Origin: a virus | IMG/VR virus record: IMGVR_UViG_3300045988_031383 | Coordinates: 1 to 57,481 of that record | Reading direction: 5' to 3' (one strand) | Length of the DNA stretch: 57,481 nucleotides | Shown: positions 33,911 through 41,658 of the stretch, piece after piece | How positions within the stretch are numbered: the stretch's first letter is position 1 | Layout: each line of letters starts with the position of its first letter | The notes under the pieces: generated by a model | Databases searched by the model: none | What the model was told of the DNA's origin: nothing | The model's input: only the letters and a program-made list of their open reading frames with translations | Made by a program: the position numbers and the translations under genes

Positions 33911-34163
33911 TCGTTGGAATCGTATTATGTCACAAGGGATCACAACCTCAGACTTAGGTAAGGTGAAGCGCATTGTCGCTCACATGGATACCGTTGAGGA
34001 GATGACCCTACGTGATTTTAAGATACTTCTGGAATTGCCAGAAGACTGTTTCGATATTCGTGACCAGAACTATATCTGGATTAAATCAAATGTCGATATT
34101 CGTACTGTTGATGCGGGAACTAAATACTGCATCGTATGTAAATTCAAACAGAAAGAAGGCTAG
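33903..34163 (+). CDS. Hypothetical protein
   Basis: 86-aa ORF overlapping the upstream stop. Confidence 0.6.
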   Translation: MSDRWNRIMSQGITTSDLGKVKRIVAHMDTVEEMTLRDFKILLELPEDCFDIRDQNYIWIKSNVDIRTVDAGTKYCIVCKFKQKEG

Positions 34164-34165
34164 TC

Positions 34166-34258
34166 ATGAAAAGTTGTCTAGGAACTTTGTTTTTATTGTG
34201 CACACCACCGGTTGGGTGGATTATATTAGCTATATTATGGGTAGGGAAAGACAGATGA
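34166..34258 (+). CDS. Possible 30-aa hydrophobic peptide (MKSCLGTLFLLCTPPVGWIILAILWVGKDR)
   Basis: GAAAGAAGG upstream. ATGA overlap with the next ORF. Faintly Pmp3/YqaE-like. Below the track's size cut-off. Confidence 0.3.
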   Translation: MKSCLGTLFLLCTPPVGWIILAILWVGKDR

Positions 34259-34455
34259 CCAAAGTGATTAAGGCCTTACTTCTCACGCTACCAACTATTA
34301 TAGCGACTGTAGGGTTGCTATATCTGCTATACTGGTTTTGGGTATTGGATATTATGTTGTGGTTTTGGATTACGGCATTTATATTCTTCTTATACCAATT
34401 CAGTATCTGTTATTTAGTATTGGAGCAGGTCTATGAAACATATAAACGAAACTAA
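34255..34455 (+). CDS. Small two-TM membrane protein
   Basis: 66 aa, very hydrophobic (..LLYLLYWFWVLDIMLWFWITAFIFFLY..). Confidence 0.6.
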   Translation: MTKVIKALLLTLPTIIATVGLLYLLYWFWVLDIMLWFWITAFIFFLYQFSICYLVLEQVYETYKRN

Positions 34456-34720
34456 ATTAAATGCTATTGTTATGCTGGATGGTGCATACGTTGATACTCT
34501 AAGAGATATTGATGATATTACCACTTCAAAAGACGGACAAGTATATATGGTTGACTATGAGAACATCACATACATATTCAGACGTTCTCAGGGATTTCTA
34601 ATCATGCCATATTTCGATGTCCCAGCATTCAAATTTTCAATTAAAGACTTAGCCGTTGAACAGGCTATAGATAAAACCATGGAGGAACTATATGAAGCTT
34701 CGAATCTATCCCAAGGGTGA
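34433..34720 (+). CDS. Hypothetical protein
   Basis: GGAGCAGG upstream. 95 aa. Confidence 0.65.
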   Translation: MKHINETKLNAIVMLDGAYVDTLRDIDDITTSKDGQVYMVDYENITYIFRRSQGFLIMPYFDVPAFKFSIKDLAVEQAIDKTMEELYEASNLSQG

Positions 34721-34946
34721 ACAGCGACCATTGTTATTCGCTGATGTCACAAGTGTAACCGTTAATTTCTACGGTCCAGATTGGGATCTCACATTTACTC
34801 ACACGGACTATATCCGTAACAACGCAACCTGCAAAGCCCAAAGTCATTTCTCAAGTGGAAATAGTTCAGGGTTCAGTTTCTTAATCGAAAAAGAAACACA
34901 AGATTGGATTAAAGAGAACATCACATATAACCGTGATGCTAAGTAA
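34692..34946 (+). CDS. Hypothetical protein
   Basis: GGAGGA lies 6 nt upstream of the ATG. 84 aa. Confidence 0.65.
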   Translation: MKLRIYPKGEQRPLLFADVTSVTVNFYGPDWDLTFTHTDYIRNNATCKAQSHFSSGNSSGFSFLIEKETQDWIKENITYNRDAK

Positions 34947-34966
34947 GACACAAAGGAGAAACTAAA

Positions 34967-35836
34967 ATGAAATTACCAAACATGAAATCTATTAAATCTG
35001 CTGCAAAACACTCATATACTGTATCTAAAATTCTTGCTAAGAAGTACGCTCCAGTCGCATTAGTGACTACTGGACTTGTTGGATATGGCGTTGCCGTATA
35101 TAAAGGTATCCAATCAGGCAAAAAGCTTGAAGCTACCAAAGCTAAATACGAAGAACTCGATGCGCAAAACGTTGAATACACTCGTATGGATGTAATCAAA
35201 GACGTAACTAAAGATGTTGCTGTACCAGTTGCTATTGCTGTCGCATCTACTGCTGCTATTGGATTGGGCTTTGCCATCCAAACAAACCGTCTTAAAGCCG
35301 TATCTGCTGCTCTCACAATGGTCACAGAAGAACACGCTCGCTACCGTCTACGTGCTAAAGAAGTGTTAGACGAAGAAACATTCAAGAAAATTGACGCGCC
35401 GGTTGAAACTAAGAAAGTTGAAATCGACGGAAAAGAAGTTGAAGTAGAATCTATCGTTCCTAAGGAAGGGGATTTCTATGGACGCTGGTTCAAATACTCT
35501 CGCCACTATGCATCTGATGATCCAGACTACAACGAAGCTTGGGTTAAAGAAGTGGACAACATGTTAACTCAAAAGATCAACACTCAATCTGGCGGTGGTA
35601 TGTTGACATTTGCTGAAGTGTTGGATGCACTCGGATTTGAAGTGCCTAAAGCAGCTCTCCCATTTGGTTGGACAGATACTGATGGATTCTATCTAGAATG
35701 GGATACTCATGAAGTATGGAACGAAGACAAACAAGAGCATGAACCACAAATCTATGTACGCTGGCAAACGCCTCGTAACTTGTATTCTACTACAAACCTG
35801 CGTGATATTATCCCAGGCCGCAAACAATTAGCTTAA
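34967..35836 (+). CDS. Membrane protein (two TM helices plus a globular C-terminal domain)
   Basis: AAAGGAGAAACTAAA upstream. 289 aa. Confidence 0.75.
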   Translation: MKLPNMKSIKSAAKHSYTVSKILAKKYAPVALVTTGLVGYGVAVYKGIQSGKKLEATKAKYEELDAQNVEYTRMDVIKDVTKDVAVPVAIAVASTAAIGLGFAIQTNRLKAVSAALTMVTEEHARYRLRAKEVLDEETFKKIDAPVETKKVEIDGKEVEVESIVPKEGDFYGRWFKYSRHYASDDPDYNEAWVKEVDNMLTQKINTQSGGGMLTFAEVLDALGFEVPKAALPFGWTDTDGFYLEWDTHEVWNEDKQEHEPQIYVRWQTPRNLYSTTNLRDIIPGRKQLA

Positions 35837-35855
35837 TATTAGGAGGAATCATATA

Positions 35856-36956
35856 ATGAAAGCATCGGTTAAAGTTATTTTGAGTTTGGCTGGTGTGGCG
35901 GGCATCTCTTATGGTGCCTACCGCATCTATAAATGGTGGAAGGAAGAAGAAGCTTTGGAAGCAGAGGGCTTATCTTACGAAGAGTTAGTTGCAGAAGCCG
36001 AAGCTAAAAAGATTGAGGAAGAAATCGCTGAGCGTGAGGCGCGTGAAATTGAGAATGAACGCCATATTCGCGAGCTCGAAGGCCTTCCAGTTGATGATAG
36101 GCACGATTGGTTCAAGACTGAAGACGGATTTATTCGTCGTGAGTTGACGCCATACGAACGTAATTTCGGCGCAGAATACGATCCACTCACTGAGGAATGT
36201 ATTCAAGAGATGAGCAAAGACGGAATTCTATACGACTTTGTTCAGAAATTACCTCAAGGTAAGACTCGTCTATATAACTACCGTGAAAAAGAACGTCCTG
36301 TCCGCGATATCATAGAGAGTGTTGAGGACATGGGCAGCCAAATTCGAGCATTAAAAGGAGCTGATATGGAACATGATCGCATCATTTATGAAAAACATTC
36401 GACAGAAGCGTTTGATTATTACAAGGCACTCGTCCTCGACCGTTATGATATCCAAGACGAACAATTACGTCGTGATCTTATTGCCTTGTTCTCCTGGGAA
36501 TTCAACCCTCTTAAGTCTAAGGTTGGTGATTGGGGACGTCGTGAGGATATTGTTCAGCGCCGTACCGAACATTTCGGTTTCGGAACGCCTAATAGTGACT
36601 GGGCGTCTGTTGCTGAAGCTCTTCTAGAGTATTCTCAAATTATAGCAGACGCACTATATCGTGTATCTACTGAACAAGTCGCTGGTTGGTTGATTGAGAC
36701 TATTGGTCTTGACTACGAATCTGATATTGACCCAGTTATCCACGACACTCTCATCTCATTTATTGAGCATGACCGTGCACATCGTCCAAATGCTGACGAC
36801 ACTTATGGCCTATTCCATATTGACCTCGACCAATACAACGAATGTGAAGCACTCTATAACGAAATGAACGTATGTATTTACGAAATCATGGAAGAACGAC
36901 TCGACCCAGAATTCACAATCCCTTACAAAGACGAGGAGGAAGATAATGAAGACTGA
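35856..36956 (+). CDS. N-terminally anchored, very acidic protein
   Basis: TAGGAGGAATCATATA upstream. 366 aa. An N-terminal TM helix is followed by a Glu-rich helix. Confidence 0.75.
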   Translation: MKASVKVILSLAGVAGISYGAYRIYKWWKEEEALEAEGLSYEELVAEAEAKKIEEEIAEREAREIENERHIRELEGLPVDDRHDWFKTEDGFIRRELTPYERNFGAEYDPLTEECIQEMSKDGILYDFVQKLPQGKTRLYNYREKERPVRDIIESVEDMGSQIRALKGADMEHDRIIYEKHSTEAFDYYKALVLDRYDIQDEQLRRDLIALFSWEFNPLKSKVGDWGRREDIVQRRTEHFGFGTPNSDWASVAEALLEYSQIIADALYRVSTEQVAGWLIETIGLDYESDIDPVIHDTLISFIEHDRAHRPNADDTYGLFHIDLDQYNECEALYNEMNVCIYEIMEERLDPEFTIPYKDEEEDNED

Positions 36957-37617
36957 TGATATCTTACAAGCAATTGCTAGTGGGATAGCGCGGGCATTTG
37001 CTCGCGTTCGTCTCAAATTCTCTATGTGGTACGTCCGCAAGGGATATAATTGGTCTAAAGACCTACGTAAAGATTGTATTAATTTCATCTGGAAGAACCA
37101 ACTTATCCTAAACCAATGGAATGTCCGTGGTAAATACTGGGCTGATGTTATCCCATCTGACTTCAAAGTTGATCCGTCTAAGACTATATTCGACTCGAAC
37201 AAATACGGGGTAACTAATTATACTGTTGGTAATGAACGAGCTGTTGATATCCCTGGATATCGTTTCTTAATTAACGACTCCGGGTATATCATGGAGAAGA
37301 CAACTCTATCTCAGAACCTACGATTCTTCACAGTTAAATGTGACACAATCGCTGTACCACTTATTTGTATTATGCGTACTAATGGAAATCCTGGTACTGT
37401 TATTGATGGGTTGGCTCATAACCCAGCTACTCTTGTGGCTTGGACTAATGCTAACTGCGATATCTATCCTATGATCCCTGTAGACAGAGGTTATGATGGT
37501 TCTAAAGGAACTCTCGTGACATTCGGTGACCAATTGTATGGCGTTGACCATCCAGACAACCAAGGATTATTTATCGATATCGAGCGGTTCCGCAAGGGAG
37601 GCTGCTATGATCACTAA
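36946..37617 (+). CDS. Hypothetical protein
   Basis: GGAGGAAGATA upstream. 223 aa. Confidence 0.7.
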   Translation: MKTDDILQAIASGIARAFARVRLKFSMWYVRKGYNWSKDLRKDCINFIWKNQLILNQWNVRGKYWADVIPSDFKVDPSKTIFDSNKYGVTNYTVGNERAVDIPGYRFLINDSGYIMEKTTLSQNLRFFTVKCDTIAVPLICIMRTNGNPGTVIDGLAHNPATLVAWTNANCDIYPMIPVDRGYDGSKGTLVTFGDQLYGVDHPDNQGLFIDIERFRKGGCYDH

Positions 37618-38326
37618 TCCAGGTATCTTATTTCCATTTGGGAAGGAGCCTGACTATGCTGCTGCGCGTGAATACAGATCAGAGTATTTGGCAGAGATGC
37701 TGAATGAGTGTTCGTATTTCAAGCCATTCGACTTAGAAATCGATTTATCAAAAATTGCCCGGGGTGGGATTTTGCACCGAATTCGGAATAATCCAGGTGT
37801 CAATATCTATATCCCTGGGTATTGTAATGTGTTGATCGGTTATTTCCCAGGCAGCGTATTCCAGATCCCATTTCCATACCTACTACTATCTGAGCGTAAT
37901 CGCGATTTGCGTATGCTCATTTTCTCAGAAGCTGCGGGCCTTGTTAGATTTCTACAGGACATTCGTAATGACCAACTGAAATTTGATAACTACATGGCTG
38001 ATGGATTGAGTAAGGGTTATTTCCTCTCAATCCGTTTGCAGCATTCTAAGGTTGATAATTGCTTTGTACCTCAGCATGGATACAATATTCCATTCGTGAC
38101 GGGATACAAAATCCCTCCACACAGTCAAATCACTGACGAACTATTTAATTCTCGCTTATACGGTCAATATAATTGGCCAGATGTAAGTGATATTGACTAC
38201 AACTCACATTTCGGTATTTATTCCAAGACTAAATCCGAGATAATCTACACTCCTAAAGAACTAATTCTTATGGAGGATCTAATTTTAAATCGTTGCGCAG
38301 AAAGGATTGCAAACAATGAAACTTGA
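37607..38326 (+). CDS. Hypothetical protein (contains G/C box copy C)
   Basis: GGGAGGCTGCT upstream of ATG 37607. 239 aa. Confidence 0.7.
   Translation: MITNPGILFPFGKEPDYAAAREYRSEYLAEMLNECSYFKPFDLEIDLSKIARGGILHRIRNNPGVNIYIPGYCNVLIGYFPGSVFQIPFPYLLLSERNRDLRMLIFSEAAGLVRFLQDIRNDQLKFDNYMADGLSKGYFLSIRLQHSKVDNCFVPQHGYNIPFVTGYKIPPHSQITDELFNSRLYGQYNWPDVSDIDYNSHFGIYSKTKSEIIYTPKELILMEDLILNRCAERIANNET
37750..37784 (+). promoter_or_regulatory. G/C box copy C (AAAAATTGCCCGGGGTGGGATTTTGCACCGAATTC), intragenic
   Basis: About 24 of 36 positions match copy A in an ungapped hand alignment, including the AAAATT, CCCGGG, TTTT and AATTCG blocks. Confidence 0.35.
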
Positions 38327-38807
38327 TATTACACGTATTCCGACTATTGAAAAGAACCATTTCAAAGACCAAGCAGAATTCATCAACACAATCAACCCAG
38401 GTTCTTATGGGTCAACAGTTGAAGATCAGCTTGAATTGACCCTCCAAACATTCCTAGACCTCCTTAAATACGGTGGCACAATCAGTGTTGCCGATATTCG
38501 TCGTATGGCTGGTAAGAAAGTTGCCACTAAGGACTACTATTTCGGTTGGGATATCTCAGTAATCACACAATTGAATATTGTAGATGGTAACAAAATCATC
38601 TTCCCAGCTATTTACTGCAAACAAATCCTTGAACCAAACACCGATATCTTCGATTACAGCCGCTTAGCTGCTATGAATGTATCTAAGGGTAAAATCACAG
38701 AGAGCCAACGTTCTTATGGACGTAAATATTTGGATCAACTATTGGAGTTGGGTGAGGTAAATCGTAATTTCGTTAACGATGTGTTGGATTCTAAAGGAGT
38801 AAAATAA
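38316..38807 (+). CDS. Hypothetical protein
   Basis: GAAAGGA upstream of ATG 38316. 163 aa. Confidence 0.7.
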   Translation: MKLDITRIPTIEKNHFKDQAEFINTINPGSYGSTVEDQLELTLQTFLDLLKYGGTISVADIRRMAGKKVATKDYYFGWDISVITQLNIVDGNKIIFPAIYCKQILEPNTDIFDYSRLAAMNVSKGKITESQRSYGRKYLDQLLELGEVNRNFVNDVLDSKGVK

Positions 38808-39067
38808 TGTGTAAAGAGAAATTGGCCGTCAATGTTATTAGTTATATTGATGACAATAAAGCTAAGAATTTAATTGGAGTTGCTAACAATATTTTTCGTT
38901 ATGTTAAAGAAAGCAAAATCGATGGAGACTTCGTTCATATTATTCAACAGTACCCAGAAGGGTTTACAAAACAAGTGTTTATCCCTGTAAATAATGTTGG
39001 ATTGATTGAGGCTTTTAATTCGGAAGAAGAATTCCACGAAGCATATCCAATTAAAGCGTATAAATAA
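38807..39067 (+). CDS. Hypothetical protein
   Basis: TAATG overlap, AAAGGAG upstream. 86 aa. Confidence 0.65.
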   Translation: MCKEKLAVNVISYIDDNKAKNLIGVANNIFRYVKESKIDGDFVHIIQQYPEGFTKQVFIPVNNVGLIEAFNSEEEFHEAYPIKAYK

Positions 39068-39079
39068 AGGAGCCGAGTA

Positions 39080-39463
39080 ATGAAAAATCATGATAGACTT
39101 GTAATTATTAGAAAAGTTGGCGATCCACGCATTGTTGAAATTCATGACAAAGTGGATAAGATAGAGTTTGTTGGTGATGAGTGGCATATTGTGTTAAAAA
39201 ATGGGGTAGTTCATCATTATCCATCTAGTTCTTATGTATTTGAATTGATCGACTCGTTGAATTACTATGGAACCAAACCATTAACAGTAGTTTTTGTAGA
39301 TGGGTCAAGTCGCATGTTTCCAAATGTGCATGATGTGCAAGTTACTCACTATGATAATCACGAGGAATCACTAACTATCGTATGGGACGAACGTGAAGAT
39401 TGCAGAACGGTAACAATATTCCCTATGCATGAAGTTTTAACTTATTCTGGTAAGGAGAAGTGA
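39080..39463 (+). CDS. Hypothetical protein
   Basis: AAAGGAGCCGAGTA upstream. 127 aa. Confidence 0.7.
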   Translation: MKNHDRLVIIRKVGDPRIVEIHDKVDKIEFVGDEWHIVLKNGVVHHYPSSSYVFELIDSLNYYGTKPLTVVFVDGSSRMFPNVHDVQVTHYDNHEESLTIVWDEREDCRTVTIFPMHEVLTYSGKEK

Positions 39464-39464
39464 G

Positions 39465-39707
39465 ATGTTAGAAGACAAACAATATAAAAAGGTCGCTATT
39501 ACCTATTCTGATGACAAACCAACTGATTTAATTCTATTGGTTACGGATATTAGTTACTATAGTTCCTATATCAAAATCCATTTTATGGAAAGTATTGATA
39601 AAGAGGGAACCAAAATTATCGCCATGAATGGTGTTAAGGGTATTGCGATCGATGAACTTGATAAGTTTGATGCGCATAGAACGCTCATGCATCTTGCCGA
39701 AAGGTAA
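39465..39707 (+). CDS. Hypothetical protein
   Basis: TAAGGAGAAGTGAG upstream. 80 aa. Confidence 0.7.
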   Translation: MLEDKQYKKVAITYSDDKPTDLILLVTDISYYSSYIKIHFMESIDKEGTKIIAMNGVKGIAIDELDKFDAHRTLMHLAER

Positions 39708-39905
39708 TTAAGATCGAACGTAAATGGGACCATGATAGACGAGGGCATAATATTGTTATCCACACAATCCATAAAGATCCTGGTCCTGTATGGAGTGGTG
39801 TAGAGGCGATGTATATATTTGATGAGAGCGATATTCAATCTCTTCTTATAGGTCGTTCGGGAATGAAAGATATTAAAGTAAATGTTAACGGAGGGAAGTA
39901 TAACA

Positions 39906-40808
39906 ATGACTGATAAATTAACACCAAAATCAATGGAAGACCAATACGAACACCAACTTGAGACGTTCAAACGCAAAAATCACGACTATGGGAACTCATT
40001 TGAGAAGAGTTTAGACACCTTCGGATTGGTGGCTGGCATCGTCCGTATGAACGACAAATTCGAGCGCTTAGTTTCACTCAATGATCCTTCTAAACGCGCT
40101 CAGATCGCCTCTGAGAGCCTTGTAGACACCTTAGAAGACCTGTCTAACTACGCTGCGATGGCTGCGTGCTGGTTGAAGGGTAAAAAGGCGGCTGAATGGA
40201 AGGAATTACGCCTTAAAGAGCTTGATGGAAACATTGAGGATATTATTAAGAAGGCGGATACTTCGGTTGTGAAATCTATCGATGAAACCAAATCAAAAGC
40301 TATGGTTTTTATGCCCGGTCGTCGTGATGGCAAAACCGTTTCTCTCCAAAAAGCAATTGAAGAAGGCCTTGCGGATAAGGGTATTAAATACCAACCACAG
40401 TTCTCTGGGATTTCTTTGAAAGGCCCTGAGAAACTTGAGTTAAATCTCGAAGTTGACCAGGATAAATTATTTGAAATCTCAAACGCACTGCATCCTAGTA
40501 CATTGCCTAAATCCGTTAAGGTGGATTATGGTCATAAGGCCGTGTATGAATTCCCTGATGGCATCGACGCAATCTCGTATTACATTCGTGAGATGCAAAA
40601 AGAAGAAACTAAAAAGGAAAACGATCGCGTTATGCTTGATATGATGTTATCTCGTATCGAGAAAGGCGAGGTTGTTCGTATTGTGGCTAATGGAGATGGA
40701 TCTTTCACTACATATTTCGAGAAGACTGATTGTCCTTTCAATAAAATTGTAGATAAGGAAGGTGAATCCATTTTCTTCGAGAAAGAAGGACTTGACGATG
40801 ACGAATAA
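39906..40808 (+). CDS. DUF1599 / MazG-like all-alpha nucleotide pyrophosphohydrolase-like domain fused to an unknown C-terminal domain
   Basis: ACGGAGGGAAG upstream of ATG 39906. ..FKRKNHDYGNSFEKSLDTFGLVAGIVRMNDKFERLVSL.. matches the KN.DYG..F...G..G...R..DK..R pattern. Confidence 0.6.
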   Translation: MTDKLTPKSMEDQYEHQLETFKRKNHDYGNSFEKSLDTFGLVAGIVRMNDKFERLVSLNDPSKRAQIASESLVDTLEDLSNYAAMAACWLKGKKAAEWKELRLKELDGNIEDIIKKADTSVVKSIDETKSKAMVFMPGRRDGKTVSLQKAIEEGLADKGIKYQPQFSGISLKGPEKLELNLEVDQDKLFEISNALHPSTLPKSVKVDYGHKAVYEFPDGIDAISYYIREMQKEETKKENDRVMLDMMLSRIEKGEVVRIVANGDGSFTTYFEKTDCPFNKIVDKEGESIFFEKEGLDDDE

Positions 40809-40983
40809 AATTCCTGTTTGTAAGGGACTTGAGAGCCGTGGAATAACTGGTGAAGCTGTTAGTAAATGGTGGACTAGTCATGATCGACGGTGGGCATTTA
40901 ATTTGGAGACCAGGGAGTCGATTAAATTCCCCGATTTTCAATTTCCTGGACGGAAAGAATTGGAGGGACGAGATGAGAGTTAA
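40798..40983 (+). CDS. Hypothetical small protein
   Basis: 61 aa, GAAGGA upstream of ATG 40798. Confidence 0.5.
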   Translation: MTNKIPVCKGLESRGITGEAVSKWWTSHDRRWAFNLETRESIKFPDFQFPGRKELEGRDES

Positions 40984-41146
40984 ACATGTATACCCTAAGT
41001 CTAAGACCATATTACCTCAGCCACCAGTACATGTAAAGCTGTATTTCAATCAAGACGAATGGGAAGAGATTCGGGAACATTTCCTATTAGATAAGGAACA
41101 TAATAATCCCGAGAAAACTGTAAGAATTGTAGGTGGTACTGATTGA
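40973..41146 (+). CDS. Hypothetical small protein
   Basis: GGAGGGACGAG upstream of ATG 40973. 57 aa. Confidence 0.55.
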   Translation: MRVKHVYPKSKTILPQPPVHVKLYFNQDEWEEIREHFLLDKEHNNPEKTVRIVGGTD

Positions 41147-41406
41147 GAAAGAGCATTGATTTCAAGGTCTTTAAAGACCATAATTGGGTTGGAATTGCCT
41201 ATGTCAAAGATGATATTGGGCAGATCCAGGGGTTCAAATTCATGTATAAAGGGCCTGAAAAGCTGAAAGATACGTACAAACCAGGGCAATATTTCCGTGC
41301 TGAAGTCCTTGGATTCGAGTATGATTTGGTATTTGAGAGGGACTTTTGGCATCAATTAGACGAGAAAAACAGCGAATATGGGCTGGAATTTAGGATAATT
41401 TGGTGA
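41143..41406 (+). CDS. Hypothetical protein (TTG start)
   Basis: AGGTGG lies 6 nt upstream of TTG 41143. 87 aa. Confidence 0.55.
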   Translation: MRKSIDFKVFKDHNWVGIAYVKDDIGQIQGFKFMYKGPEKLKDTYKPGQYFRAEVLGFEYDLVFERDFWHQLDEKNSEYGLEFRIIW

Positions 41407-41413
41407 ATTTCGT

Positions 41414-41433
41414 CCCCCAAAAATTTTTGGGGG
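41414..41433. repeat. Perfect 20-bp palindrome CCCCCAAAAATTTTTGGGGG
   Basis: Read directly from the sequence. It lies in the 250-bp non-coding region upstream of the replication genes. Confidence 0.95.
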
Positions 41434-41489
41434 ATTCGCCTACCCCACCATTTTTATTATACTATTTTAGAGTTTGGTTCGGACGATCA

Positions 41490-41545
41490 TCTCGAAAAAA
41501 GAGGGGAAAATGGTCGAAAATGCCCCGAAATCCCAAAAAACTGGG
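41490..41545. other. Five phased A-tracts (period about 10-11 bp): bent-DNA or origin-like segment
   Basis: cGAAAAAAgagg gGAAAATGg tcGAAAATGcc ccGAAATcc cAAAAAActgg. Confidence 0.5.
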
Positions 41546-41570
41546 TGTACTGTATATTGTTGTAGAACGA

Positions 41571-41584
41571 GTTAAAATTTTAAC
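41571..41584. repeat. Perfect 14-bp palindrome GTTAAAATTTTAAC
   Basis: Read directly from the sequence. Confidence 0.9.
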
Positions 41585-41632
41585 TTATATATAAAACAAT
41601 GGGCTTTTGGGGGGCGATTTTGGGATCGCGGG

Positions 41633-41641
41633 TGACATAAT
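41633..41641 (+). promoter_or_regulatory. Extended -10-like element TGACATAAT upstream of the polymerase gene
   Basis: TGn plus CATAAT lies 18 nt upstream of ATG 41659 and is preceded by the G-rich GGGGCGATTTTGGGATCGCGGG. Confidence 0.4.
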
Positions 41642-41658
41642 AGCGATAGGAGGTATAA

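Noticed and set aside
38290-38318. Possible eighth CGCAG promoter (GCGCAGAAAGGATTGCAAACAATG)
   Set aside because: It shares CGCAGAAA, but there is no -10 hexamer at the fixed 13-nt spacing. The ATG here is the start codon of ORF 38316.
39566-39976. 136-aa minus-strand ORF spanning the 39708-39905 gap
   Set aside because: It has no RBS, is antisense to two well-supported + strand genes, and has a low-complexity translation. The + strand stop-free frame is the more interesting explanation of the gap.
41400-41594. 64-aa + strand ORF in the gap upstream of the polymerase gene
   Set aside because: It starts inside the stop region of the previous gene without an RBS. Its sequence is made of the palindromes and A-tracts, so a non-coding origin or regulatory region is the better explanation.
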